This document shows, one piece after another, positions 1 to 7,561 of a stretch of 17,097 bases of DNA. Each line of letters starts with the position of its first letter. The first letter of the stretch is position 1. The stretch lies in UHGV virus genome UHGV-1592266; one strand, given 5' to 3'. This DNA comes from a virus. A program made the position numbers and the translations under genes. The notes beneath the pieces are model-generated. The model made no database searches, was not told the origin of the DNA, and saw nothing but the letters and a program-made list of their open reading frames with translations.

Positions 1-723
1 ATCGTCAGTAACTGCCCACCATTTGTTTCTCGACCAATCGTAATACCCTTCGAAGGTATCGCACTCAGTCCAGCCGTAAGACTTACCCCAACACCAAACA
101 TACTGTTTATCGTTCGGCATTCGCTCACTACAGCTTATCCAACCATCCGGAGTTACCGGATAGTTGCCACCCTGAACAGTAGGCATATCCGGACCTTTGC
201 GAATCGCCCTGGCAAGATCGATTTGGTCGTCGTACAACCAGTCACCTGTTTGCGGATTATTTGCTTCTGCCAATTGTGCAGCCCACTCCAGGCCGTCTTT
301 GTGTCCTTGCAGATAGTCCAGCGGTAACTCATCACTATTACTTACAGGTTCGGCCTGAAGCATGGCGGCGCGATAGGCGGTCCAGCCGACAGCTTTTCCG
401 TGTTCAAACGCGCTGTCAAAGTCATCATCAATTTCCATCGCAGCGGGCACAGATACCGGCGCTGGCGGGGCGGTGTAGAGCGGCATTACCTCAATATTGA
501 AGATATCCCCCTCGCTTGGACACGCCTCTGCGCTACCGTAAACCCAAGGGTGAACGACTCCGTTACGCTTGTTGATTAATCTGTGCGCCCACGCCACAGG
601 CTCCGCTTCGAGCGATGCCAGCGCGATACGCGCCAGCGCCGAAGCCTCACCGCATTGAACGTGGTCAGTTTCGATAATTTGCTGTAACTGCTCTTTGGTG
701 AATTCTCTGGTAATAGTGCTCAT
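1..723 (-). CDS. ead/Ea22-region protein with a DUF551-like C-terminus. The C-terminus runs off the left window edge; at least 241 aa are present.
   Basis: Open minus-strand frame from ATG at 723 (RBS GAGGA 9 nt upstream) to position 1 with no stop. The C-terminal part is W/G-rich (PDGWISCSERMPNDKQYVWCWGKSYGW...), resembling DUF551 of lambdoid ead genes. This ORF is absent from the supplied track because it has no stop in the window. Confidence 0.5.
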   Translation of the reverse strand, partial: MSTITREFTKEQLQQIIETDHVQCGEASALARIALASLEAEPVAWAHRLINKRNGVVHPWVYGSAEACPSEGDIFNIEVMPLYTAPPAPVSVPAAMEIDDDFDSAFEHGKAVGWTAYRAAMLQAEPVSNSDELPLDYLQGHKDGLEWAAQLAEANNPQTGDWLYDDQIDLARAIRKGPDMPTVQGGNYPVTPDGWISCSERMPNDKQYVWCWGKSYGWTECDTFEGYYDWSRNKWWAVTDD

Positions 724-733
724 AGGTTAGTCC

Positions 734-910
734 TCAGTATCCAGAGTACGCGCGGAGTGATGCTATTCTCGCGGTGATATCATTGATGATTTCCTCCACT
801 ACCTCTGCGTGCTCATGTTCATCACGCAAGACATCAAGGGCGCTGTCTATTTCACGGAGCATATCCTGCTGCCATTCAATATCTTCTGATTCCGGGATTT
901 CGTATTTCAT
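734..910 (-). CDS. hypothetical small acidic protein (58 aa)
   Basis: ATG at 910 with GGGGAG RBS, starting 3 nt after the stop of the upstream gene. Its 3' end carries the RBS of the next gene. Translation is MKYEIPESEDIEWQQDMLREIDSALDVLRDEHEHAEVVEEI... Confidence 0.35.
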   Translation of the reverse strand: MKYEIPESEDIEWQQDMLREIDSALDVLRDEHEHAEVVEEIINDITARIASLRAYSGY

Positions 911-912
911 GC

Positions 913-1257
913 TTACTCCCCTTTACCGGCTGCGGTGACGTTGATGCCAGCGTTATCACAGGCGATGCGGAATGCCGCTTGAAGTTCTCGCGCAACGTGT
1001 GGCACATAGCCGTCGAAGGTTGGCATTTCGACAGTCTTCTTTTCTGCGGCTTCCAGCTCATCCAGCAGCGCCAGCACGGTAGTGGGGTTTGCTGCGGAGT
1101 TCAGCGCGTTCAAGGCAGTGATATCTGCATCAAGCTGAGTTCCTTCTGCCAGTGAGATATCGAAAATGTCATCAGGCGGCATAACACTAAGGCGCTCATG
1201 TGCGCCAACTGCTGCCGCTGCGATTTCACGCAGCGCCTGTTTGTCGATGTTGCTCAT
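913..1257 (-). CDS. ead/Ea22-like protein (114 aa)
   Basis: The N-terminus MSNIDKQALREIAAAA is paralogous to the N-terminus of the 355-aa protein ([15 protein letters not shown]). ATGA start/stop overlap with the upstream gene. Confidence 0.5.
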   Translation of the reverse strand: MSNIDKQALREIAAAAVGAHERLSVMPPDDIFDISLAEGTQLDADITALNALNSAANPTTVLALLDELEAAEKKTVEMPTFDGYVPHVARELQAAFRIACDNAGINVTAAGKGE

Positions 1258-1526
1258 TGGGCGGTTCCTTCGTAACCGATGGCTTCTGCAATTTCAGCAA
1301 GTGTCTCTGCACTTTCACCCACTGGCTCATTCATCCAGTCGAAGGAAACAAGCTTACCGCCTTCGATAACGCCGATGTTGAAATCATCACTACCTTGTGT
1401 TTTCAGACCATGCTTGATTGCCTTATCGCGCTTATCGAAGTCAACGCCGTCTGTCGTGTATTCAACTCCATGGCCTTTCTCGTTGCACCACCAGTACTGC
1501 TGAATAACGATGTATGATTTGCTCAT
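1254..1526 (-). CDS. hypothetical protein (90 aa)
   Basis: ATG at 1526 with GGGAG RBS. ATGA overlaps with both neighbours, indicating translational coupling. Confidence 0.45.
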   Translation of the reverse strand: MSKSYIVIQQYWWCNEKGHGVEYTTDGVDFDKRDKAIKHGLKTQGSDDFNIGVIEGGKLVSFDWMNEPVGESAETLAEIAEAIGYEGTAQ

Positions 1527-2590
1527 AGCGCGGCTCCCTGTCGTAACTGGTCGGCGAGTTCGAATTCACCATGGTTAGTAAATTCGCCTGCAAGTTTTTC
1601 TCTTAGCTTCATAACGGCTTCCTTTGCGCTTTCGATATCCTTATGGTGCCCTGCGCTGTACTTCTTCCCGTTAAATTGAACGCTTGCTACATATCGCTTA
1701 TCGCGCTTATTCCAATAGACCCCCTTGACACCAGTGGTGTTATTTTTCTGGGTTGGTTTGTTGAATTGATTCTGCGATAGAGAGCAAAGGCGCAGGTTTC
1801 TTATGCTGTTGTCTTTCTTGATGCCATTGATATGGTCGATAGGCTGGGAAGGCCATTCTCCGTAATGTAGAAGCCATGCTAGACGGTGAGCAAAGCACTT
1901 CTTGCCAAACAGCGAAAAGGCGTAATAGCCCTGCCAAGTTTGAGAGCCAATAATTGCTCCTTCCTGACGACCTGCAAAGTTGACTTTCGCGGTAAGAACT
2001 CCAGTTTCAGGGTTGTAGTCAATAAGGTCTCTGATATCGCCAACAGACATGAGCAGATTCTTATTAAGGATTTCAATTTCCTTCTGGAGTGGTTCAGATG
2101 CCTCACGCCTAACTTCAGCCAGGAAAGCATCGGTGGCTGGGGTTTTGTTATCTGACTCCAGCCACTGGTTGTAGTAATAATCGAACATGCCAGTAGGATA
2201 ACCACATCCGCCGTGCACGTGGTCTTTCATAGCAGAACCACACATGCAGTAGTCATTGTCAGTATTACTAATGATGTTGATAAGTTGCTGTGTCCGTTGC
2301 TTCAACATCGCATTCTCCGCCGCCAGCGCCGAAAACTTCTCGTGTGCCAACTTAACAGCTGCATCAGCCTGCTTAATTGACTCAGTCGCTTTCTGGTGGT
2401 CTTCGGCCAGCCCTGCTAAATCAGCCTCCAGTTCGGCTAGGCGTTCATTTAATGCATCTCGTTCATCCAGTAGAGCCAGCACAACCTGAGGTGTTACTTT
2501 CATACGAAATGCCAGCAATTTTTGAGGTGTTGCTACTGTTTCAATTGCTACTGCTGCCTCACGCAGTACCTGATAGTCAATCTTGCTCAC
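1523..2590 (-). CDS. Ea22-like coiled-coil protein carrying an inserted HNH endonuclease + AP2 DNA-binding module (355 aa)
   Basis: GTG start at 2590 with AAGGAGG RBS and GTGA overlap with the upstream gene. N-terminal coiled coil is homologous to the 114-aa protein. The central region has the HNH motif (HRLAWLLHYGEWPSQPIDHINGIKKDNSIRNLRLCSLSQN) followed by an AP2-like motif (GVKGVYWNKRDKRYVASVQFNGKKYSAGHH). The C-terminus ELADQLRQGAAL matches the C-terminus of the 2587-3168 gene. Confidence 0.65.
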   Translation of the reverse strand: MSKIDYQVLREAAVAIETVATPQKLLAFRMKVTPQVVLALLDERDALNERLAELEADLAGLAEDHQKATESIKQADAAVKLAHEKFSALAAENAMLKQRTQQLINIISNTDNDYCMCGSAMKDHVHGGCGYPTGMFDYYYNQWLESDNKTPATDAFLAEVRREASEPLQKEIEILNKNLLMSVGDIRDLIDYNPETGVLTAKVNFAGRQEGAIIGSQTWQGYYAFSLFGKKCFAHRLAWLLHYGEWPSQPIDHINGIKKDNSIRNLRLCSLSQNQFNKPTQKNNTTGVKGVYWNKRDKRYVASVQFNGKKYSAGHHKDIESAKEAVMKLREKLAGEFTNHGEFELADQLRQGAAL

Positions 2591-3168
2591 TGGTTGCCTC
2601 CTTTGCGAAGCTGGTCGGCGATATCTTCGAGAACGCCATCAGAGAATGAGCGGTCAAAATCGCCTTCCGGCGCATTAGCCATAAACTCAGTTGAGGTAAG
2701 AATCATCCGGGCAATATCCGCTGCGTTCTTCGCAGTATCATCAATAAAACCAGCATCCCAGGCAGCCAGCATTCTGTTCGCCACAAAGTAAGCGCCTTCC
2801 TTGCGTGCTTCAGTCTTCACTTCATCCCAAAAAGCGTCGGTGACTTGGGTTTGCGGCATCCTTCCGTCTATTGCGCAGATATACGCATCAGATAGTTCAC
2901 CCTGCTCGCCGTCAAACACGTAGCAACTCTGTACGATAAATTTATTCAGCCACGCATTCTCCACAGCCAGCGCCGCGCACTTGGCCTCAAGGTTATCAAT
3001 CGTGATTCCAGCAGAACGACACTCCCGCAACGCCGTTTCTAGTTTTGATTCAAGTTCACCGAACTTACGGACAAGATATTCAGCGTTTGTTTCGTTAACC
3101 TTTAAATCTCGGGGGATGCATTTACCTTTCAGAAAACCATCCATCTCAATTAGTGACATTTGTTTCAT
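2587..3168 (-). CDS. Ea22-like protein; paralog of the 355-aa protein without the HNH-AP2 module (~193 aa)
   Basis: ATG at 3168 makes an ATGA overlap with the upstream stop; a GTG at 3186 is an alternative start. It shares the ...[11 protein letters not shown]... coil, the [12 protein letters not shown] segment and the [11 protein letters not shown]-terminus with the 355-aa protein. Confidence 0.5.
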   Translation of the reverse strand: MKQMSLIEMDGFLKGKCIPRDLKVNETNAEYLVRKFGELESKLETALRECRSAGITIDNLEAKCAALAVENAWLNKFIVQSCYVFDGEQGELSDAYICAIDGRMPQTQVTDAFWDEVKTEARKEGAYFVANRMLAAWDAGFIDDTAKNAADIARMILTSTEFMANAPEGDFDRSFSDGVLEDIADQLRKGGNQ

Positions 3169-3329
3169 TTCTTCCCACTCCGCCACATAGCATTCAGATA
3201 TTTGTTTTGATTCACTGATGGAAAAGAATTTCTCTTAAGCAATTCCTCTCTCGATGGCATTGGCTTTACGCGTTGGCGAATAATCATTTCTGCCGGAAGA
3301 ATGCCGGGATTGTATGCAAGTCCTCTCAT
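3165..3329 (-). CDS. hypothetical small protein (54 aa)
   Basis: ATG at 3329 with GAGGAA RBS 7 nt upstream. The track's longer version (to 3362) overlaps the upstream gene and lacks an RBS. Confidence 0.35.
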   Translation of the reverse strand: MRGLAYNPGILPAEMIIRQRVKPMPSREELLKRNSFPSVNQNKYLNAMWRSGKK

Positions 3330-3339
3330 GGTAAATTCC

Positions 3340-3636
3340 TCAGTCATTACTGATAGCGCCATAGCGTGAGCGGTAATTACGCAGGCGCGGGTCGATATAT
3401 TCAGGGAATTTGTCTATTGTCGCTTTTCGCAACGGTCTCATTGCTGTTTCGTTTGTTCGGTCCTTCTCATCTTTTAACGCGAGTTGTATATCGCGTCGGT
3501 ACATCCGTTCTGCTTTTGTTTCTGGTGGCAGATCGATAAACGTGTCGAAATTGTTTTTGATATTTTCCAGCACCTCCGCCTTGGAGCTACCGGAACAGCG
3601 GCGCGGGTCATCCGCACCATACATAGGCGCTGGCAT
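3340..3636 (-). CDS. hypothetical protein of the recombination module (98 aa)
   Basis: ATG at 3636 with AAGGA RBS. It lies immediately downstream of ssb/erf. Confidence 0.5.
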   Translation of the reverse strand: MPAPMYGADDPRRCSGSSKAEVLENIKNNFDTFIDLPPETKAERMYRRDIQLALKDEKDRTNETAMRPLRKATIDKFPEYIDPRLRNYRSRYGAISND

Positions 3637-3659
3637 AATGGAATCCTTATGTTGCTACT

Positions 3660-4043
3660 TTAGAAGGGAATTGAATCGTCGTATTCAGGATGATTTTGAT
3701 GATTGCTACTTTGCTGCTGTTGGCTGTTTCCTGAGGTTGCAAATCCAATCTTTGCATTCAGTAATTCAAGAGTGATTGATTGACCATTTTGCCCCTGATA
3801 AACATCAACCCTGATGTTTTCTCCGGTAATTTCCACAATGCCACCTTCAACAAGAACACTACGGTAGTAATCCGCTTGCGCTCCCGGCTTGGCAAATACA
3901 ACGGCGCTGTAGTTTGTCCATTCTTTCTTTTTTGTCTGGCGATCGTAATACTGAACGCCAGCACGGATGTTGAATCCGATATTTTCCCCGGCCTGAAACT
4001 CTCTTGCGGGCTTGTTTAGTCTTACAGTAATCGAATGTGCCAT
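3660..4043 (-). CDS. ssb: phage single-stranded DNA-binding protein (127 aa)
   Basis: OB-fold-like sequence ending in the acidic tail ...EYDDSIPF, like the DDDIPF tail of bacterial SSB. The ATG overlaps the erf stop by 1 nt (TAATG). Confidence 0.75.
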   Translation of the reverse strand: MAHSITVRLNKPAREFQAGENIGFNIRAGVQYYDRQTKKKEWTNYSAVVFAKPGAQADYYRSVLVEGGIVEITGENIRVDVYQGQNGQSITLELLNAKIGFATSGNSQQQQSSNHQNHPEYDDSIPF

Positions 4044-4648
4044 TAAGCAGCCGCTCCTTCTAATTCGTCTCGTCTGATGTTGTAAACGTCCTGCGCTTTG
4101 TGCTGCTCCGGTGTTCCTTCGAGCATCTTCCACGCTTTGGCGAACGCCTGTTTAAGCTCTTCCACGGTGTTTTTCTGCATTGCTGCGTCAGTGAATGCTT
4201 TTAGAACCTGTTCAGGTGTAGGTGATGGTTTTGATTGCTTTGCTACTGCGTTCTGCTGATGTTTATGCTCGTCTGTATCTGCATCTTTCGCATCATCAAT
4301 GCCGAACAAACCATTGAGGCAATACTTGCGTGCATAAGAGCTTGTAGCTCCCGTAACTTGTGCAGAATCCATCCCTTTCTTGCTTTCTTCCTCTCGTGCA
4401 AGAGCGGTTGCCGTATGACTGTTTTCGCCATCGGTAATAGTTGCCGTGGCTTTCACGTAATACCGATCACCAATCAACACAACTTCATCGCTGATTGATA
4501 AAAACAGGCCATTCAGTAACGGCTTAACGCCTTCAAGAATGTCTTCGCAGCTTCTGTATTTATATTTTCCGAATGAGTTGTACTGATTCTTTGGCGCGTT
4601 CAGATTCTCCTGAATAGCTGCCAGTCTTGCGTAAAATTCTTTGCTCAT
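4043..4648 (-). CDS. erf: ERF-family single-strand annealing recombinase (P22 Erf-like, ~201 aa)
   Basis: MSKEFYARLAAIQENLNAPKNQYNSFGKYKYRSCEDILEGVKPLL... is near-identical to P22 Erf as I recall it. The start is taken as the ATG at 4648; the track's longer form begins at a TTG. Confidence 0.85.
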   Translation of the reverse strand: MSKEFYARLAAIQENLNAPKNQYNSFGKYKYRSCEDILEGVKPLLNGLFLSISDEVVLIGDRYYVKATATITDGENSHTATALAREEESKKGMDSAQVTGATSSYARKYCLNGLFGIDDAKDADTDEHKHQQNAVAKQSKPSPTPEQVLKAFTDAAMQKNTVEELKQAFAKAWKMLEGTPEQHKAQDVYNIRRDELEGAAA

Positions 4649-4749
4649 ATGATTGTTCTCAGAATGGACATTCCCCAAGGAAATAACGCTGATTTAATAC
4701 TTCGACTCGGGACAAATTAAGGCATACCCGCATTCCTTCGCGGTCGCCA

Positions 4750-4908
4750 TTATGGCGATACCAGAGAGCTTTCTGCGTGTACATGCGTCTCTGTAACTTG
4801 CTCTCCTTCACTGTGGTTGCAAGTGACATGAATATCTCCTTCGTTACCGATTAATTCTTTCATCTGACGAATGAATTCTTCGTCTGACCAGTTATCTGTA
4901 AAACTCAT
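4750..4908 (-). CDS. hypothetical small acidic protein (52 aa)
   Basis: Its ATG at 4908 overlaps the stop of the upstream Kil-like ORF (ATGA). It is below the track's size cut-off. Confidence 0.3.
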   Translation of the reverse strand: MSFTDNWSDEEFIRQMKELIGNEGDIHVTCNHSEGEQVTETHVHAESSLVSP

Positions 4909-5057
4909 TTCCTGCGATACCACGGAAGGTTGATAGCTGATTTCATCGCTTTATTTGCTTCAAGCCACATTTTTGAATCACCAATAAATCTGGCTATTAC
5001 TGCTTTGTTCTGTGCAGCACGAAGCATCTGGTGATTGATGGCTATTTCATTGCGCAT
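4905..5057 (-). CDS. kil: Kil-like small protein (50 aa); possible host-division inhibitor
   Basis: ATG at 5057 with GAGG RBS, overlapping the 3' end of cIII. The ARFIGDSKMW segment resembles the FIGDEKM motif I recall from lambda Kil. Position between cIII and the recombination genes fits kil. Confidence 0.4.
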   Translation of the reverse strand: MRNEIAINHQMLRAAQNKAVIARFIGDSKMWLEANKAMKSAINLPWYRRK

Positions 5058-5173
5058 AATAAGACCTCAACTCTTTTCCATCCGTCACGTAATTTACGGG
5101 TGATTCGTTCAAGTAAAGATTCATTTAATTGGAAGGCACCCATGCGAGCGCCTCCCGCGATTGCGTAAATCAT
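5042..5173 (-). CDS. cIII: CIII (protects CII from FtsH); 43 aa
   Basis: MIYAIAGGARMGAFQLNESLLERITRKLRDGWKR... contains the lambda CIII core ESLLERITRKLRDGWKR. ATG at 5173 with AAGGAA RBS. Confidence 0.7.
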   Translation of the reverse strand: MIYAIAGGARMGAFQLNESLLERITRKLRDGWKRVEVLLCAMK

Positions 5174-5197
5174 GGGTGGTTCCTTATGTTGGTTTTA

Positions 5198-6166
5198 TTA
5201 GTAGGTTATTTTTGTTGCGAATACTTCGCCTTTTACGATGGCTGTTATGATATTTTTAGCAACATCTTCTGATGCACCAACCTTGATAAGGTCAGCAAGT
5301 ATTTTGTTATTTACTTCTTTCCGGTGAGCTTTATCCTTTGCTCTACGCTCTTCTTCGTCCTTGATTCTTTTTTCTTCTGCTATTCTGGCTTGCTCTTTTG
5401 CTTCAGCCTCGCGCCGGATTCGTTCAGCCTCCTCCTGTGCTTTTCGGCGTTCTGCTTCAATTGCCGCCTGCTTTTCTCTTTCAGCTCGTTCTGCTGCCTC
5501 TTTTGCTTCGCGCTGTGCTCGTTGCTCGGCTTCAATGCGTTCACGCTCTGCACGTTCCGCTGCGGCCTTAGCTTCTGCTTCTCGCCTTGCTGCTGCTTCA
5601 ATTTCGGCTTTTGCCTTTGCTTCGGCTTCTGCTCTGGCTTTCTCTTCAGCTTCTCTTTTTAAGCGTTCTTCATGCTCTCGCTTTTCCTGCTCCGCTTTGA
5701 GTCTTGCCTCTTCTCTTTGGCGGTCAAATTCGCGATCCATCAAAATAGCTATTTCATGGTCAGACTCAATTTGCTTTGCGAGAGCTTCAGCTGCTGCCTT
5801 AGCTTCTTCTTCGGCTTTAATCCGCGCCTGTTCTTCCTCATAATCAGTAAGAGGCTGGCGCGCCTTGGCTTTCAGCTCATCAAGGCGATCACGCACTGTC
5901 TTGCGGTTGGCATCAATTAGCTTTGGAATTTCCTTCAGTTCAGCAACAAGGTCTTTGCCAAGACCATCGAGATATGTTTTCGTCTGCGCAACTTTATACG
6001 CCAGAGAAGCGATCTCCTTTCTGCCCTTTGCCGTTGTGATATCAGGCACAAAGGACATAACTTCACGTTCAACCTTTTGAAGGATTTCTTCAATCTGGTC
6101 GGCAGACTGAAATACAGTCATTGCATTTGCTTTTTCAATAACAACTAAATCTGTTACTTCACTCAT
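5198..6166 (-). CDS. coiled-coil protein with A/E/K/R-rich repeats (323 aa)
   Basis: ATG at 6166 with GGAGG RBS. The track's longer form has no RBS. The central ~180 aa are a low-complexity EAKAAAE/RAEAEAKAKAE coil. Confidence 0.55.
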   Translation of the reverse strand: MSEVTDLVVIEKANAMTVFQSADQIEEILQKVEREVMSFVPDITTAKGRKEIASLAYKVAQTKTYLDGLGKDLVAELKEIPKLIDANRKTVRDRLDELKAKARQPLTDYEEEQARIKAEEEAKAAAEALAKQIESDHEIAILMDREFDRQREEARLKAEQEKREHEERLKREAEEKARAEAEAKAKAEIEAAARREAEAKAAAERAERERIEAEQRAQREAKEAAERAEREKQAAIEAERRKAQEEAERIRREAEAKEQARIAEEKRIKDEEERRAKDKAHRKEVNNKILADLIKVGASEDVAKNIITAIVKGEVFATKITY

Positions 6167-6177
6167 ATATCCTCCGT

Positions 6178-6207
6178 CAAAAAAATTGCCCTCACACTGG
6201 AGGGCAA
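6178..6207 (-). terminator. rho-independent terminator hairpin directly upstream of the 323-aa gene
   Basis: Minus strand reads TTGCCCTCCAGTGTGAGGGCAA followed by TTTTTTT and then the GGAGG RBS. Confidence 0.5.
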
Positions 6208-6298
6208 AGAAGATTTCCAATAATCAGAACAAGTCGGCTCCTGTTTAGTTACGAGCGACATTGCTCACATAGCAGACTCGCAAATCTGCTATAGGTGC

Positions 6299-6460
6299 TT
6301 ATTCGCATCGCATGACAACATCAAATTTTTCGAGATTACTTTGTCGCAACAATCCCTCTTCTACGCGGTCAGCTTTTCTATAATTATCAAATTCGAAATG
6401 TTTAATTACTTCTTTCGTTTCTCGCTCTATAACTTCAACAATGTATTTCTTATTCATCAT
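6299..6460 (-). CDS. hypothetical small K/E-rich protein (53 aa)
   Basis: ATG-ATG at 6460 with GGGGGAAG RBS. ATGA overlap with the upstream gene. Confidence 0.4.
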   Translation of the reverse strand: MMNKKYIVEVIERETKEVIKHFEFDNYRKADRVEEGLLRQSNLEKFDVVMRCE

Positions 6461-6735
6461 TCTTCCCCCAGGGCCTTGCTGATGGCTGCCTTGGCTCGTT
6501 TGTATTCGGTTAACTCTCTGCACCCTTCGTCATGCTCGTAAAGGAAGACAAGCTCTTGCAGTGCTTCAAGCAAATCAGGAGCTGCTGCTATCAGTAGCGC
6601 ATCCTCCCTTTCATTTCTTGTTGCTGCTTCAATGTATGTGTCACCAATCGTCACACCATGGAACGTAGTCATCATCTCGTTGACGTTTCTAACCGTGTAC
6701 TTCCATTTACCAGGCGTACCCTTAAACTCTTTCAT
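6457..6735 (-). CDS. ead-region protein; paralog A with conserved AAPDLLEALQ...AISKALGEE C-terminus
   Basis: ATG at 6735 with AGAGGTGG RBS; the track start at 6741 is a GTG. Its C-terminal ~45 aa are homologous to the 7256-7507 product. Confidence 0.55.
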   Translation of the reverse strand: MKEFKGTPGKWKYTVRNVNEMMTTFHGVTIGDTYIEAATRNEREDALLIAAAPDLLEALQELVFLYEHDEGCRELTEYKRAKAAISKALGEE

Positions 6736-6740
6736 ATCCA

Positions 6741-6783
6741 CCTCTGTTGTTTATGCCAAAAATAAAGGCCGACTATGCGGCCT
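6741..6783 (-). repeat. copy 1 of a ~45-bp terminator+RBS direct repeat
   Basis: cacctctgttgtttatgccaaaaataaaggccgactatgcggcc is near-identical to 7511-7556. On the minus strand it reads hairpin GGCCGCATAGTCGGCC, then TTTATTTTTGG, then AGAGGTGG RBS. Confidence 0.7.
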
Positions 6784-7252
6784 AGTAGAATACCCAATTT
6801 TCTGTTTCTTGGTTGTGTCCAAAGTTATATTCAATATCTGGTGTTGATGTATCAATATTCTTCATCCCATCAACAAGAGTTGATACAACAGCCAAATCTT
6901 GTTTGATTCTCATCAAATGGTATTTCTTCCGGCGCAATAAACTTTCAATGGCAAGTTTCTTCGTCGGGAACGCAAAAGATCTTTCTGCATTTTTTGCTAC
7001 TTTCTTAATTGCATATCTATTTCTCCTTTGTTTCCATTCCTGTAACCACTGATTTGGTGCTGGTTTAAAATTAACAATCCAATGCGCAGGAACCAACCAT
7101 GCATAATGCTCTGTCTGATGAAAAGCTATATATTGAAGTGCGAATATTTTGATTCCATCTTCTTCAACTGTCGCTTGGAATCTCCAGAAAACAGGCATTC
7201 CATCATGTTCAGTTTCTGATTCAGGAAAAGGTACGCTCCATGATTTTGTCAT
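6782..7252 (-). CDS. hypothetical protein (156 aa); AT-rich (~37% GC) moron
   Basis: Clean ORF with ATG at 7252. Its GC content is clearly below the neighbouring genes. I recognise no motif. It sits between the two paralogs and the two repeat copies. Confidence 0.5.
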   Translation of the reverse strand: MTKSWSVPFPESETEHDGMPVFWRFQATVEEDGIKIFALQYIAFHQTEHYAWLVPAHWIVNFKPAPNQWLQEWKQRRNRYAIKKVAKNAERSFAFPTKKLAIESLLRRKKYHLMRIKQDLAVVSTLVDGMKNIDTSTPDIEYNFGHNQETENWVFY

Positions 7253-7255
7253 ATA

Positions 7256-7507
7256 TTACTCATCTCCAAGGGCTTTGCTGATTGCTGACTGTGCTTTCGA
7301 TACTTCATCAGGATAATGGTCATTCCAGTTTTGCTTGTATGCCTTGTTTAGCATCGCTTGCAGGGCTTCGAGCAAATCAGGAGCTGCCTCCATCAATCTC
7401 ACATCACCTCGATGGATGGTTGTATCGTCAAACGTGAAATAAACCCCATCATCGTTAAATCCAGCGCCAACAACATTCCATGGCCTTTTCATTCTTCCTA
7501 CTGTCAT
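7256..7507 (-). CDS. ead-region protein; paralog B (83 aa) with AAPDLLEALQ...AISKALGDE C-terminus
   Basis: ATG at 7507 with AGAGGTG RBS. C-terminal homology to the 6457-6735 product. Confidence 0.55.
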   Translation of the reverse strand: MTVGRMKRPWNVVGAGFNDDGVYFTFDDTTIHRGDVRLMEAAPDLLEALQAMLNKAYKQNWNDHYPDEVSKAQSAISKALGDE

Positions 7508-7510
7508 TAT

Positions 7511-7556
7511 TCACCTCTGTGTATTTATGCCAAAAATAAAGGCCGACTATGCGGCC
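7511..7556 (-). terminator. copy 2 of the terminator+RBS repeat; intrinsic terminator after sieB
   Basis: GGCCGCATAGTCGGCC hairpin plus TTTATTTTTGG on the minus strand, immediately after the SieB stop at 7562-7564. Confidence 0.6.
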
Positions 7557-7561
7557 TGAAA

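Noticed and set aside
876-1517. Overlapping ORFs 876-1061(-), 1166-1369(+), 1200-1517(+), 1279-1503(+) and similar shadow ORFs elsewhere (1740-2205, 2256-2791, 3410-3775, 3758-4019, 4235-4498, 15143-15717, 15702-16473)
   Set aside because: All overlap well-supported genes in other frames or on the opposite strand. They lack RBSs and are shadow ORFs.
5324-5843. Plus-strand ORFs 5324-5662 and 5361-5843, plus the minus-strand 5380-5601, with low-complexity S/A/F/C-rich translations
   Set aside because: They are alternative-frame and antisense read-throughs of the repetitive A/E/K/R coiled-coil region of the 5198-6166 gene. No RBS. Composition is driven by the GCNGCN/GAAGCN repeats.
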